The notes under the pieces are model-generated. The model searched no databases, was not told the origin of the DNA, and worked only from the letters and a program-made list of their open reading frames with translations. The translations under genes and the position numbers were made by a program. 64,000 bases of DNA from contig MU006099.1 in the NCBI GenBank assembly GCA_010093705.1, forward strand, positions 62,001 through 126,000, given 5' to 3'. The stretch is from Patellaria atrata CBS 101060 (lineage: Eukaryota). Below are positions 1 through 12,588 of the stretch, piece by piece; the first letter of the stretch is position 1; each line of letters starts with the position of its first letter.

Positions 1-138
1 AGCACGGTCAAAACCATAATCAGTCCGTTAACGGTTAGCTCAAACCGTCATGGACCAAGTTCGGCTAAACTCCGTAAACCACATTGTTTAGGAGCAGAGT
101 TACTCATCCAGCTACAAGCTTCCATTTCCTTATCCATC

Positions 139-1742
139 ATGCCAGAAACAACTTCAAGGAAGCGTTCGCGATCGCGATCAAGGTCCCCAAACCCAAGGGA
201 TCGCAAGCGCCCTACATCCTCTTCAGCGAGAGCTACAACCAACAACTCTCTTCCCTCGAAGCCTGAACCTCCCCGTAGAAGTTCACGCTCGCGCTCACCC
301 CCTCGACAACGAAAACGCCCCGGCGCGGCATCTCGCATTACTGCCGCCGACCGTGAAGCTGCCGAAAAGCTCAGGCAAGGACGTCTTCAACAAGAAGCCG
401 AAGAAGCCAAACGCGAAGCAGCCGCGCGTGGTGTCCATGACGTCGTGAAACAGCATTACAACGCGGTCCCTGAACGAGGACGGGATTGGCGAAAAACGGA
501 ATCCAAGATAAAGGGTTTACGGAGTTTCAACAATTGGGTCAAGAGCGCGCTGATCAGGAAGTTCTCCCCGGATGAAAACTTCAACTATTCAGCTGGGCTT
601 CAGGGAGGTGCGCCGCAACTGCTGGTGCTAGATATAGGCTGCGGTAAAGGTGGCGATTTGCAAAAGTGGCAACTTACACCGCAGCAAGTGGGGCTCTATG
701 TGGGTTGTGATCCGGCGGATGTGTCAATTCAGCAGGCGAAAGAAAGGTATCGGCAGATGCAGACGGGACGGCCAAGAGGAAGACGTCCGCAATATCCTCT
801 TTTCGAGGGGCATTTCTTTGTCAAGGATTGCTTCGGAGAGTGGTTGGGTGATATTCCATTCATAAGAGAGGTGGGGATCGATCCGAATGTTGGACCAGGT
901 GTGAATCAGATGGCCCAGAGGTGGTCGGGTACAGCTAGTTTCGATGTGGTGAGCATGATGTTTTGCATGCATTACGCATTTGAGAACGAAACAAAAGCGA
1001 GAGGTATGCTGAGGAACGTAGCGGGTGCTCTAAAGAAAGGGGGGCGATTCCTCGGCGTGATTCCCAACTCAGACGTCCTTTCAGAAAAGGTGGAGGAATA
1101 CCACAAGAGTAAACATTCCAATGGCGCCGCAGCGCAAGTTGATGACGATGATGACGATTGGGATCCGGAGAAAAGCTTGGATGACCCCAAACCCCCCCAA
1201 CCGGAAGAATCCAAAGAGAATGGCGAGGACGGTGAAGTGAGGGGAGAAGGATTTGAGTGGGGTAACAGCATCTACAGAGTCAAGTTCCCGGGCAAGACGC
1301 CTTCAGACGGTATTTTCAGGCCTCCGTTCGGCTGGAAATATTTCTACTTCCTGGAGGAGGCGGTCGAGGAGGTCCCAGAATATGTCGTCCCGTGGGAAGC
1401 GTTTCGAGCGTAAGTACGCTCAGATCATGATGGATTCATTACTATGGCAATATCACAACTAATGATTTGAGACATAGGCTGGCAGAGGACTACAATCTCG
1501 AACTTCAATATAGACGCCCTTTCAACGAGGTCTGGAACGAAGAGAAAGACGTGCCTGAGATGGTGAGGTTGAGCGAGGTTATGAATGTGAGGGACAGACG
1601 GACTGGAGAACTTATGGTCAGTCCACAGGAAATAGAAGCAGCAAGTAAGTTCTCCTGTAGTTACGAGAGGGGGTTTGCTTTTGATCTATATATCCTAACT
1701 TGGACAGGTTTTTATCATGCGTTTTGCTTTTATAAAGTTTAG
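139..1742 (+). CDS. ABD1: mRNA cap guanine-N7 methyltransferase
   Basis: Motifs LRSFNNWVKS, VLDIGCGKGGDLQKW (SAM binding), FDVVSMMFCMHYAFE and VPEYVVPW. Exons 139-1409, 1478-1644 and 1708-1742 splice in frame through GTAAGT...AG introns and end FYHAFCFYKV*. Confidence 0.95.
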
Positions 1743-2017
1743 ATATGCATATGTATCACTAGAAACCGGGTATTAATATTGCTCCGGCTGGGAATTCTAT
1801 AGTCATTTAGCATTAAAGCATCCATGGGAATAGGAGTCCGAAATTCATAGGATACATTTTAGAATTTCAAGTGTTCCAAGTTGATGTATCATTATTCGGA
1901 TCTACTCTAAGTTGTGTTCTTGTTTCTGGATCCTCCTTGAGTTAAGCCCACCGCCGTTCAGGTGTCAGGTACAGTATAATCATATTACATAAAGTCATAT
2001 CGACTGACAATCACCTT

Positions 2018-2343
2018 TCAAGTCCTTCTGATTACAGTGCATACAATAACAACCACAGTATATGAGAGCTCACCGTCCGTTGTCGCGTCGCTTGTTGCTT
2101 GCTTCACAGGCAGATTGACTCCTTGAATGGTATTCTCATTATCTCGCCTCCGAGGAACTTTGGGTTTCTCATTCATGTTATCACGCTGGATACCAGCGGA
2201 GTCAATTTCTTCGAACAAGATCACGCAGTTATAAAGTTGTCGAAGTATCTGGGGCTGGAGTCGTGATTTTCGGTTCGTTGAGATCCAGATGTGAAGCTCG
2301 AGACCGAAGCGTCCCGCAACCGCTTCGAAAAGGACGACTTGCC
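2018..2343 (-). pseudogene. Frameshifted fragment of a BCS1-like AAA ATPase
   Basis: Minus strand reads GKSSFS (Walker A tail), then after a frameshift AVAGRFGLELHI, then CVILFEEIDSAG (Walker B). This matches the BCS1-type pattern GKTS..AIAGxFGLxxY...CIVLLEDIDSAG. No intact gene is present. Confidence 0.6.
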
Positions 2344-3399
2344 GTGAAAGTGTTACCTATATATGTATATATAATTATTCGCAGCGCTATCGTTAGAGGA
2401 TCGTTAGGTGATTCGCGTATGATTCCCCGTCGAAGGTTCCGTCAACAGTCCGGGAACAGGGAACGTGCCAGCAATACGCTCGAGCGAGTGCCATGGGAAT
2501 CGCCGGTAAAAATCCTGCCTAAATCATTGACCAAGCGGTTTCCCTAGGGATGGAATAACGGATTAGACTCTGAACCGGCATCTATATCAGAGCTTGAATC
2601 TTCGAGAAAGTTCGTGGAGGGTCCATTTCCTTTTCGATAATTCGGGGCATCGCCAGCTATATCTATATGCGGGACATTCACTATTCATCTGAAATTCTGG
2701 TTAGAAGAAATATTAGTATAGTCCTGTAGATAAGGTCCATTTATCTCTTACTTTGAAGCTCGCTCTTAGGAGGATCCATCGGTACTAGATCCTGAAGGCG
2801 CCGAGGTGGTCGATTAAAGCAGGGAATGTAAACTTGTCGTAAACGATGTTATTTGGCCGAGAGAAAGACGATACACGCAATGAAGCCGCTTGATTTCCCT
2901 ATCGTGTGCGTCTAAGGATATCTCATCGTTTGCCGTGACACCCGTACATTGGTAACTAACAAGAGGCCACGTCCCTACCACTAAGACTTCGGGCACTTCA
3001 GCGAATTATCTCATTGAAGTGTTGGGTTGCTTGGGCATCGCCCATGCTGGGACGGTCTCTACCGGATCAGCGGGTCTCGCCGATTCCACCTCCATCACCA
3101 AATCTTTCGCCAGGAGAAGGGCGATAGGGGGATATATATACTATACTATCATGTCCATTAGGGCAGAGCCACGGTTATTGAACCATTTTGCGTGTAGCAT
3201 TGTGGGTGATGTAGAGTATAGAAATACTTTTCTTTATATAAGAAGTATCCTCACTGACTGGTTGGTCTACCGGTCAATGTGATACTTTCGCACTCGCCCT
3301 TATCCAGTTTCCTTGCGTAGAGTCTCGCATATTTCTGAGAATTTCAACAGATCGTGAAACTTGACAGTTGACTTCCTATAATAGTTCGCAACTGACTAT

Positions 3400-6300
3400 T
3401 AGGCTGCCTGCTCGAGGTAATATACCTCTGTTATTCATCTCTATCGTCGCCGGAAAGTGAAAACGCGAGCGCTCAGGTTCTGTTCAATCGCAGACAGGAC
3501 GCGCCACAACCCATCCACTTCCTCTTCCCTTTTCTCCTTTGGCAGACCTCAGATCTTAGATCATCTTCAGGGAGTAGGCGAAGGATCGGTTGTACCGGAG
3601 ATCATGGCGTGTACCCACGACGTGGCTGCTCTGGTCACTTATGAGGTGATACCCGGGGTATTCGGAGGGAGGAGCGAACGCTATGCCAAATCTCCTAACC
3701 TTACTCACGCCGCCCTCGGTCAAGTCCGCGATGGGATAGCCATACCGGAATCGCGCAACTTGAGACGGGCATACGTTCGGTAGGATATACATAAGTATGG
3801 GATATACTTTCACTCGGCCATTGGCGGTTCTTCAAGCATTCTTTCAATTTTATTGAACGCCAGTTTCCTTCCCTGTAAATAGTACGCTTCGCCGGCCAGC
3901 CCTAATTGCCCTAGGGGCTGGCTCTTGAGCACGGTGGCCACGGCCTGTGCGGCTTACAGTATTGCGACCAAACTTGGAACCGTTGTGGCCAGTTCTTTTT
4001 GAAATTTTGGTGAAACCGTCTCAGTTACGTCGAAGACTCGACCTCGGCCTTGACGGAAAAGTCATCTCGGTCTGTGTTTGGGTTTGTGCCTGAAATCCAA
4101 GATCTACTGGGAGAAGTAAAGAGGGTCTTGATGAGAGAAATAGGAGGTGAAAATCCAAGCCGAGGAGAAGACGAAATCGTAATGAGATGCTCCATAGTGG
4201 AAGTGAGTTCTGCTGAACCCTGATCTATATAGCTGCTACATTGCGAGACGGGCAAAGGAGAGATCATCAGGTCCTAGGCATTCCTAGTCGTCTTGGTTGT
4301 CCTAGTTAGTGATTCCTCCTGGTAAGAATATAGATATATACAAACATCTACATGAGAGTGTTGCGATGATCTAGCATAACTCAAGTCTCGTCTCGATGCC
4401 CAGCTTTTCTGGTCATTGGCTACAGCGATAACGTCCACGGCAGCAGTACACATCCCTTCTGGTTCCAACAGAGTGGCGGAACATATCCTTGGACGGTGAT
4501 CCGCTCTCTATAGTTCAAGTATGATTGTGAAAAGGTTTGCCGTTCGAAAGTAGCGGAATCTTCTTCATCTAGCGCTCCAGATATCTGAGGTTGAGTAGCT
4601 CCCCCAATGTTTTCGTTTGGTCGGTCGTGGTTTTGCATATCACTTACCAGAATGCAGGTCTGTACCCACCCCACTCAGCGGGAGGGTTCGACTATCATAC
4701 CGATGTCTCCCAACCGTACTTTCGGGTAAGGGATTATTCGTGCCTCCTCGATACGTCCACCGTCCTCAGTTGACTCCACGATAGGATTCCCTGTGCTAAA
4801 GGCTAGGAAAACACTCCCCAGCCGAATATTCCGCATAATAGAGGTCCTTGGTATGGATGAGCTAAACAGCCTCCGCACAAGGGGCTCGGGAGCACTATCT
4901 CTTAACACTCGGACTGCTCGTTGAAGGCACTCTGATCGTCGCCGTTTCAGTACTTATATATAAGCTACCGCTGGAACCTATTCTACCCCGTCTCTTCCCA
5001 GGGCCTCGACGGAGTTCACTTGTCAGCTCGTTCTCCTTCTCGTGTACTCCACCCAAGCCTCCATGGTCATCTCCTCCTTCTCAAAGCCGAAAACTGGTTC
5101 CAAATCTTGATCGCCGTATTCCGGCTGCCGTCCGAGCAGAGGAACCATGTACCCCCGCCGTTCCACAGGGAAGTCGTATATAGTAATACTGTGCCATTTT
5201 TAAAACATCAGTATTAGTCCAAGGACCGGAACGGAGGTTAGGGAAGCCAGCATCAACCAGATGGGAAAGAACACTGATGTAAGCTGTGGAAAACAGTATT
5301 CACAAAGAATACACCACGTCCATGCTTTAAGGGCGGGTTGAACTGGCACAATTCCGTTTCCCGTCCCATTATGCAATGTTAGGGCTATTTTAGAACGCCT
5401 CGGCTAGGGAGGCTCATCTCGGGCAGCTAGACCATTTTGCAAGGTAATATATAGTTATATACATGTTTTCGCAATAGGGGAGCCAGAGACAGGATGTAAA
5501 TCGAATTGTTAAATGCAGGAGGAAATACCTCTCCCAGCTGACAGCTCAAGATCGCTTTAATATCCCCAGAAATTGAATTAGTCTAAACAGCTTGGACAAG
5601 ATAAATAAGAGAACAGGTAAAGTCGAATTACTACTTACTTCAAGGCAGACATTGATGACGTGATGGTCCGTTTCACATTGCAATCCGACACATTCTTCTC
5701 CTTCATATATCTTTAGAGCACACGTCCAGACTTCGAATGTTGATAAGACAGTCTTGATTTTTCAAGGGTGATGGTAATATCCCGAGTAGTTACCCTAAGG
5801 AGAATGGAAACCTCGCCCTCAATGCTCCGTGCTAGACGATCTGCCATCCGGGTTCCTCAAGGGCTCAATAGCTTCGGATTGGTTGTGGGCTGAAGGCTTC
5901 TAGAAAGCAGTTCTAGCTTACGCAAGCAAGCTACTCCTGGTAAGAGCGGGATAGTGTTGAGTAGCCTTTCCTGGCTTACCCACCAAGTATGTCGATACGG
6001 GGCCGCATCTTGTCCGGGAAGCAGTCTCGCGGCTCAAGTTCATCCCACTACTCCGCTACCAACTAGTGGAAGCGAGTCTATTCCACCTGTAACCCCTGCG
6101 CTCCACAAACGGCGTACGACTCGGCCTCTACCCCCGATGGGGGGTGTCAATTTCGATATCGGAATCACGCCGAATGATGCTGGACTTAGAAACAGTGGCA
6201 CCGCTACCGTTAGGAGTATTATACCGGTCGTCACTGCAGCACTGCTACCTACATCATCAGAAAACTTCCTGTTCCCCTACTGGAATAGCTCTTCTAGAGG

Positions 6301-6510
6301 GCAAGTCAAATCAGCTTGGCGGTTCGATTGAGATCCTAAATATCGTCAGTTTCATCAAGCAGGAGTTGAATAGATCAGGTCAGTTTCTTACCTTCATAAT
6401 CCTCAATCCAAGTGATATTGCCCACCCTGTCCCTAAAATCTGTATAGACGACGTCGGGGTCTGAACCATTCGCATTCAGACTAGCAGTCGTTAATCCGTC
6501 GGCGTGCATT
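3400..6510 (-). pseudogene. Degenerate intron-containing gene(s) of unknown function
   Basis: One minus-strand frame runs 5187 to 4420 (~255 codons) with only four stops (5023, 4978, 4954, 4675). A GTAAGA...CTGAC...TAG intron-like segment follows ...WIEDYE near 6390. Outer boundaries are approximate and no family is recognised. Confidence 0.4.
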
Positions 6511-7921
6511 GTTGATTTAACAAATAACGAAAGTCTTTGGAAGATGTATGTGATAGCTGTATAAGCTAGGGGAGGTTGGCTAGACACCGATTTGGTGGAG
6601 GACGCTTTATGTCGCTTGTTGGAAAGACTTAAGTACAATGCATCTTCCGATAGAGAGTAAATGGAAGTATGCTGAACCGAAAGAATGATAGAGAGAAGAG
6701 CGCAATGAAGAAGTATATATAATACAGTCGATCGTCGATCAGTCTGTGAAGGTAGCAGCGGTTGTGATACCGACCTTGTTAAAGGAAAATCTGGAGGAGT
6801 ATGATTGGGAAAATATATAAAGATATTCTGACCTGTGAGATCATGCTATTGAACAGGTACTTGGATTGGGCGCAGACTCAAAGTCCTGGTAGATTGGTAC
6901 TTGAATCTAATCACAAGGATATATGTACTACGTCAATAATATTTTCACTTGCGCAAGGGGCATGTGAGCGTAAGGTAGTGGGGAAACAAAGTTTTATTCA
7001 GAATGCTTCAGATAGATAAGTTGTTAAAGTAGGAATTTTCATAGTAAAAGGGGTAATTGTGGAGTAAGTCATAATGTCTGAGTGTGTGAACCCAGATGAG
7101 AAGTGCATATCTGCTGGGATGAATAACGCCCTTATCAAGAAATCGTCTCGTCATCATCGGATGTCTGCAATTACTGAACGAAACACTTGGACGATACAGG
7201 GGTTCATAGTCACATTTTTGGCTTTTACTGTTTTACACGTCTTCCAAACGGGGCAATTTGATTTATCTAGCAGGATTACAGTAGTGCTTCAATAACTCAG
7301 GCTCAAGGGAAGGATATCCAACTGACATGGTCGAGGTTGAGCGCAAAGGGGTTGTGGAATAATATGAAACATACCGACGGCTTGATGCATGACGGGGAAG
7401 TAGCAATGAGAAAGTAATTTATGAAATGTGGGTTATGTGTTCCACCATAGCAGTACCATATTGAAGAGGACGGGAAAAGGATTCTTATTATGACGAAACT
7501 AAACTTGATTGATATCATTCAGGGTGAGATGAGGTTCGGCCAAAACGGATCGGAAGAACGAAGTGCTCCAAGGAGACGCTAAACTTTTAGCAGCGCCTGC
7601 AGGCAAATGTGTCAAAAATCCAAGGTGTCCTATTCCTTTCTCCTCTCCATCACAAAATTGTCATCTTCGATGCCAGTTGCGGTATTACTATATGGTCAGA
7701 ACGCTAGACGTGGTAGCTAAAGACTCGCCATGTAAATTTAGCGTCTCGCGGAGCTCCATCATGCAGCGGTGCCCAGTATCCTCTCAGCTTATAAACCAAC
7801 CGGGGATTTGAGTATAAGCTGTTGGATGACTCTCTCATCCTACATTTCTTTTAGAATCCCTCGCCAAACTCTACTCGAGTTTAGAATTTAGCTGAGAACG
7901 ATAAGCTTGAGAGACAGGAGA

Positions 7922-9115
7922 ATGGCTGATGTACCATCAACCTATACTGGTAAGCTCCCTCTGAAGAAATTTTCCTAGCACGCAATCTCAGTTAGAACTC
8001 ATGGAATACTATAGATCCTGTGCGAATTGCTGTGATAGGAGGCACAGGGTTACAGTCTCTGCCTCATTTTACGCTCGCGGCAAGACTCAATGTCGCTACC
8101 CCATGGGGTCATACATCTTCGCCTATTTCTATCCTCCACCATCCTGCCCCTGATACTGGAAAACCTATCCCCATAGCTTTTCTCTCGCGACATGGTCTAC
8201 ACCATGAGTATGCTCCACATGAAGTACCCGCGCGTGCGAATATTGCTGCTCTGAGATCAATCGGTGTCCGTTCAATAATAGCATTCTCAGCGGTAGGTAG
8301 TCTGCAAGAAGAGGTGAAACCAAGAGATTTCGTTGTGCCAGACCAGGTCATAGATCGAACAAAGGGTATTAGGCCGTTCACTTTCTATGAGGGAGGAATG
8401 GTCGGCCACTTTGGGTTTGGTGATCCATTCGATGAGCGCTTAGCAACAATTGTTCGTAGATGTGGGCATAGTCTTGAAGGCGAAGGGGTCGTCCTTCACG
8501 ATAAGGGCACTATTATCTGTATGGGTAAGTCGTTTGCAGCTTTTCTTAACCTTTCCTACTATTCCGTGATGATCAACACCAAGTATAGTTCAACTGAACA
8601 AATATTGAAGACAAAACACATCCATCTTTCGCTCCTATCTGACAAGAAAATCTTCTTCCTCATTCATCTTCTTACATGCATGGTAGTTGCATTGGCTAAT
8701 ATCCATTTGTTCATCAGAGGGACCGCAGTTCAGCACACGTGCAGAGAGCAATCTTTACCGTAGCTGGGGCGGTACTGTCATCAACATGTCCGCGTTACCG
8801 GAAGCAAAACTGGCTCGAGAGGCCGAGATTAGCTACCAGATGATCTGTATGGCTACCGACTATGATTGCTGGCACACCACCGAGGATGTCAACGTCGAGA
8901 TGGTCATGGGTCATATGAAAGCTAATTCAGAGAACGCCCGAAGATTCGTAGGGGCTGTCCTCGACGAGTTGAGCAAAGAGGAGCACAGTGACCAGGTTCA
9001 AGCAAAGCATTACGAAGGGCAAGCTAAATTTGCTGGTTCTATAACTGCACCAGCTGGCCGTACGAAGGACGCACTCGATAAGTTGAATTGGCTGTTTCCG
9101 GGTTATTATGAGTAA
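7922..9115 (+). CDS. MEU1: S-methyl-5'-thioadenosine phosphorylase (MTAP)
   Basis: Motifs IAVIGGTG, LSRHG, FSAVGSL, EGPQFSTRAES, INMS and MATDYDCW. Exons 7922-7949, 8015-8524 and 8718-9115 splice in frame. Confidence 0.95.
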
Positions 9116-9296
9116 ATGTTCGTTTTGAATATATACAAGAAGTTCAGCAAGATCTTTATCAGGTATCAACCTTATTCATTCAGTCAGTATTAATGTAAAT
9201 CCTCTATTCTTCAGTCCGTGACCATGAGTACTACTACACTCCTTCAGTCCCCTGCTCCGAATGAATCTGAGTTCGACAATATGCATCCTACCCCCT

Positions 9297-10223
9297 CTAT
9301 TGTATTCTCCAACCTAACCGATAACCTAATGTGGGAAGGACATCACGGACGCGCTTATTTGAAGAGAGATCTAACCACATCTCTCTTGGCCATTCAACAT
9401 ATCCCCGGGGCCGGAACGTCCATCGTTCATCCCCAGAGTCACCACCATCGACTGTCCAAGCTTTGCCACCTCCGCTCGGCCTTCCAGCTTCTGGATTACG
9501 CGATCGACCAGACTGCTTACCCTGGCCACGGGAACCATACCCATTTGATCTGCCATAGCCGTATCCATCATTGCCATACCCATAACCAGTATTGCCGTAA
9601 CTGGTATCGCCATATCCAGTTTTGCCATACCCGCTATTGCCACACCCGCTTTTGCCATATCCGCTATTACCATAGTCGGTATCGCCATATCCCGTATTAC
9701 CATACCCACCCCCACCGTAACTCTGGCCCCTCGCTTTCTCTTTCTGGCGCCCGTCAGATTCTCCATGCTAATATTCTTATTGATAAGTACGTGAGTAATC
9801 ATACCGAGCATATCTATACCCATCCTGGACACCGCGCGAGTATCCCTTACGTTAGCCGGTGCTATAACCTTCGTGCCGACCATCAGCCTGACCAGAGCTA
9901 TAACCGTTACGTCTGTCGTATCCATTATTACACTATTCCTGGTTATTGTACCTCGTGGATCCTACATTGCTATAGCTCTGCGAGTTACGGGAACGAGTAT
10001 ATACGATTATAGGATTCTGTAGATCCCGATCCGCGAAGCTAATTTTTAGCCTCCGTGTGTTGCTATTGCGTGAGTAGTCGAGTTGTACGCCGTATGCTTT
10101 GTCAGCGTGGAATTGGATACTGGTGCTGTTGAAGTTTACAGTGTAGCGTGGTATGTTGATGTGGGGAGTTTATAAAAGACTTGAAGGGTATGCTATATGA
10201 TGGAATATTTAGGGATCCTTCAT
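9297..10223 (-). pseudogene. Gly/Tyr-rich repeat protein gene inactivated by in-frame TAA/TAG stops
   Basis: A single frame from ATG 10223 reads MKDP*IF...GYSTG*RKGYSRGVQDGY...YQ*EY*HGES...GYGNTGYGDTDYGNSGYGKSGCGNSGYGKTGYGDTSYGNTGYG... It has six internal stops, all TAA or TAG, and no frameshift. Confidence 0.6.
9550..9715 (-). repeat. Imperfect 15-nt tandem repeat encoding GYG(N/D/K)(S/T) pentapeptides
   Basis: The plus strand shows recurring (T/C/A)GCCATA(T/C)CC-type units with ~15-nt periodicity. Confidence 0.8.
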
Positions 10224-11012
10224 GACAACCATACAAAGATTGGGAATTCGGGAGTATGGGTTGAGGTAGAGGTATAGAGAGCAAATGAAGGGAAGTGGAT
10301 GAAGGAGGCGGATGTAGGAAATAGATATAGGGATCCATGTAGGAACTACTCTGTTAGTCCATGATGCCACGTCCTTGGTACGTCAAATGGCCAGTATAGC
10401 GTTGTTCAGTTTGACTACCGAACTGTATGAATCGTCATTTTGCGAAGCGCTACTAGGAGTGACCTATGTAGACCTGTCACTCGCGTGGGAAACAAGTTGT
10501 GGACTTAGTAATGGAATTATAGATCTGTGACTCACTTGTGCTTCTTACCTTATGACGAATTTACGGATTAAATGTACAGTACGCAAGTAGTAAGATGATA
10601 TCCAAGGTATAAATACCAGTTTATCTGGTTATCTTTCTATATCGAGCACATCAGATTGATGTGAAGATTTCTGCTTCTCTACGACTAGTCTATCGGTTTA
10701 TCATAGTAACGGAAGAGAAAAGATACTGAGACAAGATACCAGAGATCAATACAATATCTTATGGTAATTCTGATCTAAATGACCCATACGGATAAGTGCT
10801 GTACAAACCGTTATACACAGTTGGGAATGCGCTATGGGATGGTACTGCCATTAGCCGTGGCCCATCCCGGGGTTTTGCCGTTCTTGAGCAAGCACCTCCG
10901 AGAGCTCTTGCGGGATTCGAATGTCAAGCTCACAAAACCGTAACATTAAACATTTTTTCTTCTACCTCACCCACTGTTCTCTGTCCTTACACCTCTCCCA
11001 TCGTCTATAATC

Positions 11013-12588
11013 ATGGGTGATCCTCAGTATGCAAAGTATCCTGATCTTTCCCTGTCACAACACATCTTTCAAATCACCAATCCGTTAGCTCCACAGGCCT
11101 CGCAGCAAACTTCACTAAAAGCTCTTCAAAATGCCATTAAAGAGCAGAGGATGGCACCTTTGTATCGTCATTTGGCCCATCCAGCTGATGGGATCCTCAA
11201 TACTGTAGGTGAAGGTACCGCACATCAGCCTACAGTAGGCATCCGACGACAATCGTCAAGTGCCACGTCTATACTAGCAACGAGAAGACCATCTACGAAT
11301 GCCACTTTGCCCTGGGACGAGAATATGTACAATGAGCTGAAGGCAGACAACGAGAAAGAGCTTGAAGCGATTCAGAAGGAGGAAGACGAAGCGATTGAAA
11401 AGGCTGGAGAGACTGAAATACAAGCTGCACGAGGCAAGAGGGCTGAATTTTGGACTCGAGTTGGTGACAAGGTATGAACTTCAAGCAGTATCGTGATATT
11501 TCGGTCCAACCACCATTTAGGATAAAGCGATTGCGGCCTACGAGGTTGTCTTCGAAAAGACGGGCGTTCTTGGTACAAAAATCGACATTGTTCTTGCGAT
11601 CATCAGGTTGGGATTGTTCTTTGCGGACAAGCTTTTGGTCAAGAAGAATGTCGAGAGAGCAAGCACATTAGTAGAAAGTGGTGGTGATTGGGATAGACGC
11701 AATCGTCTCAAGGCATACCAAGGGCTCCATCTACTCACGGTCCGATCCCACGCAAGTGCAGCACCTCTCCTTCTTGACAGTTTATCTACTTTCACGAGCT
11801 ACGAATTATGCACGTATTCCTCCCTGGTCATTTATGCTGTCCTTGCCGGTTCCGTTTCGCTCAAGCGCGTCGACTTCAAGTCAAAGGTTGTAGACGCACC
11901 GGAAATCAAAGCTATCCTAGGCGATGGAGAAGAAAAACTGTCTGCTCTTAGCGGACGCGTGTCTTCGGGTCCATCAGCAGGTGATGAGGAGATGACAGAT
12001 ACAACAGGTTCCTCTGCAACACCTGCACCAGCTGTAATCAACCTAACTACAATTGGACACGAAGCTGGAGGTGTAGACGCAGAAGCTGATGTTGACTTCG
12101 GTCCATTGGCGAATCTAGTTAGCAGCCTTTACACGGGAAACTACAGTTCCTTCTTCGTCGCGTTAGGTGCCGTTGAAGAGCGATTCCTCAGCCAAGACAG
12201 ATACCTCTTCGAACATAGACACTGGTTTGTCCGTGAGATGCGGCTAAGAGGGTATCAACAACTTCTGCAGAGCTATCGCGTCGTCGGATTGGTAAGCATG
12301 GCTAAAGATTTTGGTGTCTCGGTGGACTTTCTGGACAAGTACGTATCAAATTTGACAATTAGATACTCCCTTTGCCAATTATTAACGATCAATAGGGATT
12401 TATCGAAATTCATTGCAGCGGACCGTGTACCTTGCACTATTGACCGCGTCAAGGGTATCATCGAGACGAACCGGCCTGATGATAAGAACAAGCAGTATAA
12501 TGATGTCTTGAAGCAAGGAGACCAGTTGATCACCAAACTTCAGAAATACGGACAGGCAGTACGGTTAAGGGGAAGCGAACGTGGTTGA
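11013..12588 (+). CDS. RPN7: 26S proteasome lid subunit Rpn7
   Basis: Motifs MAPLY, GGDWDRRNRLKAYQG, VREMRLRGYQQLLQSY and IETNRPDDKN (PCI). Exons 11013-11471, 11521-12338 and 12396-12588. Confidence 0.96.

Noticed and set aside
9218..10012. 264-aa His/Tyr/Cys-rich plus-strand ORF (and the 184-aa minus ORF 9371-9925)
   Set aside because: Both are best explained as shadow frames of the minus-strand GYG-repeat frame.
9297..10223. Alternative genetic code (TAA/TAG = Gln) as the explanation for in-frame stops
   Set aside because: Conserved genes in the window end normally at TAG (ABD1, ALT1) and TAA (MEU1, MFS).
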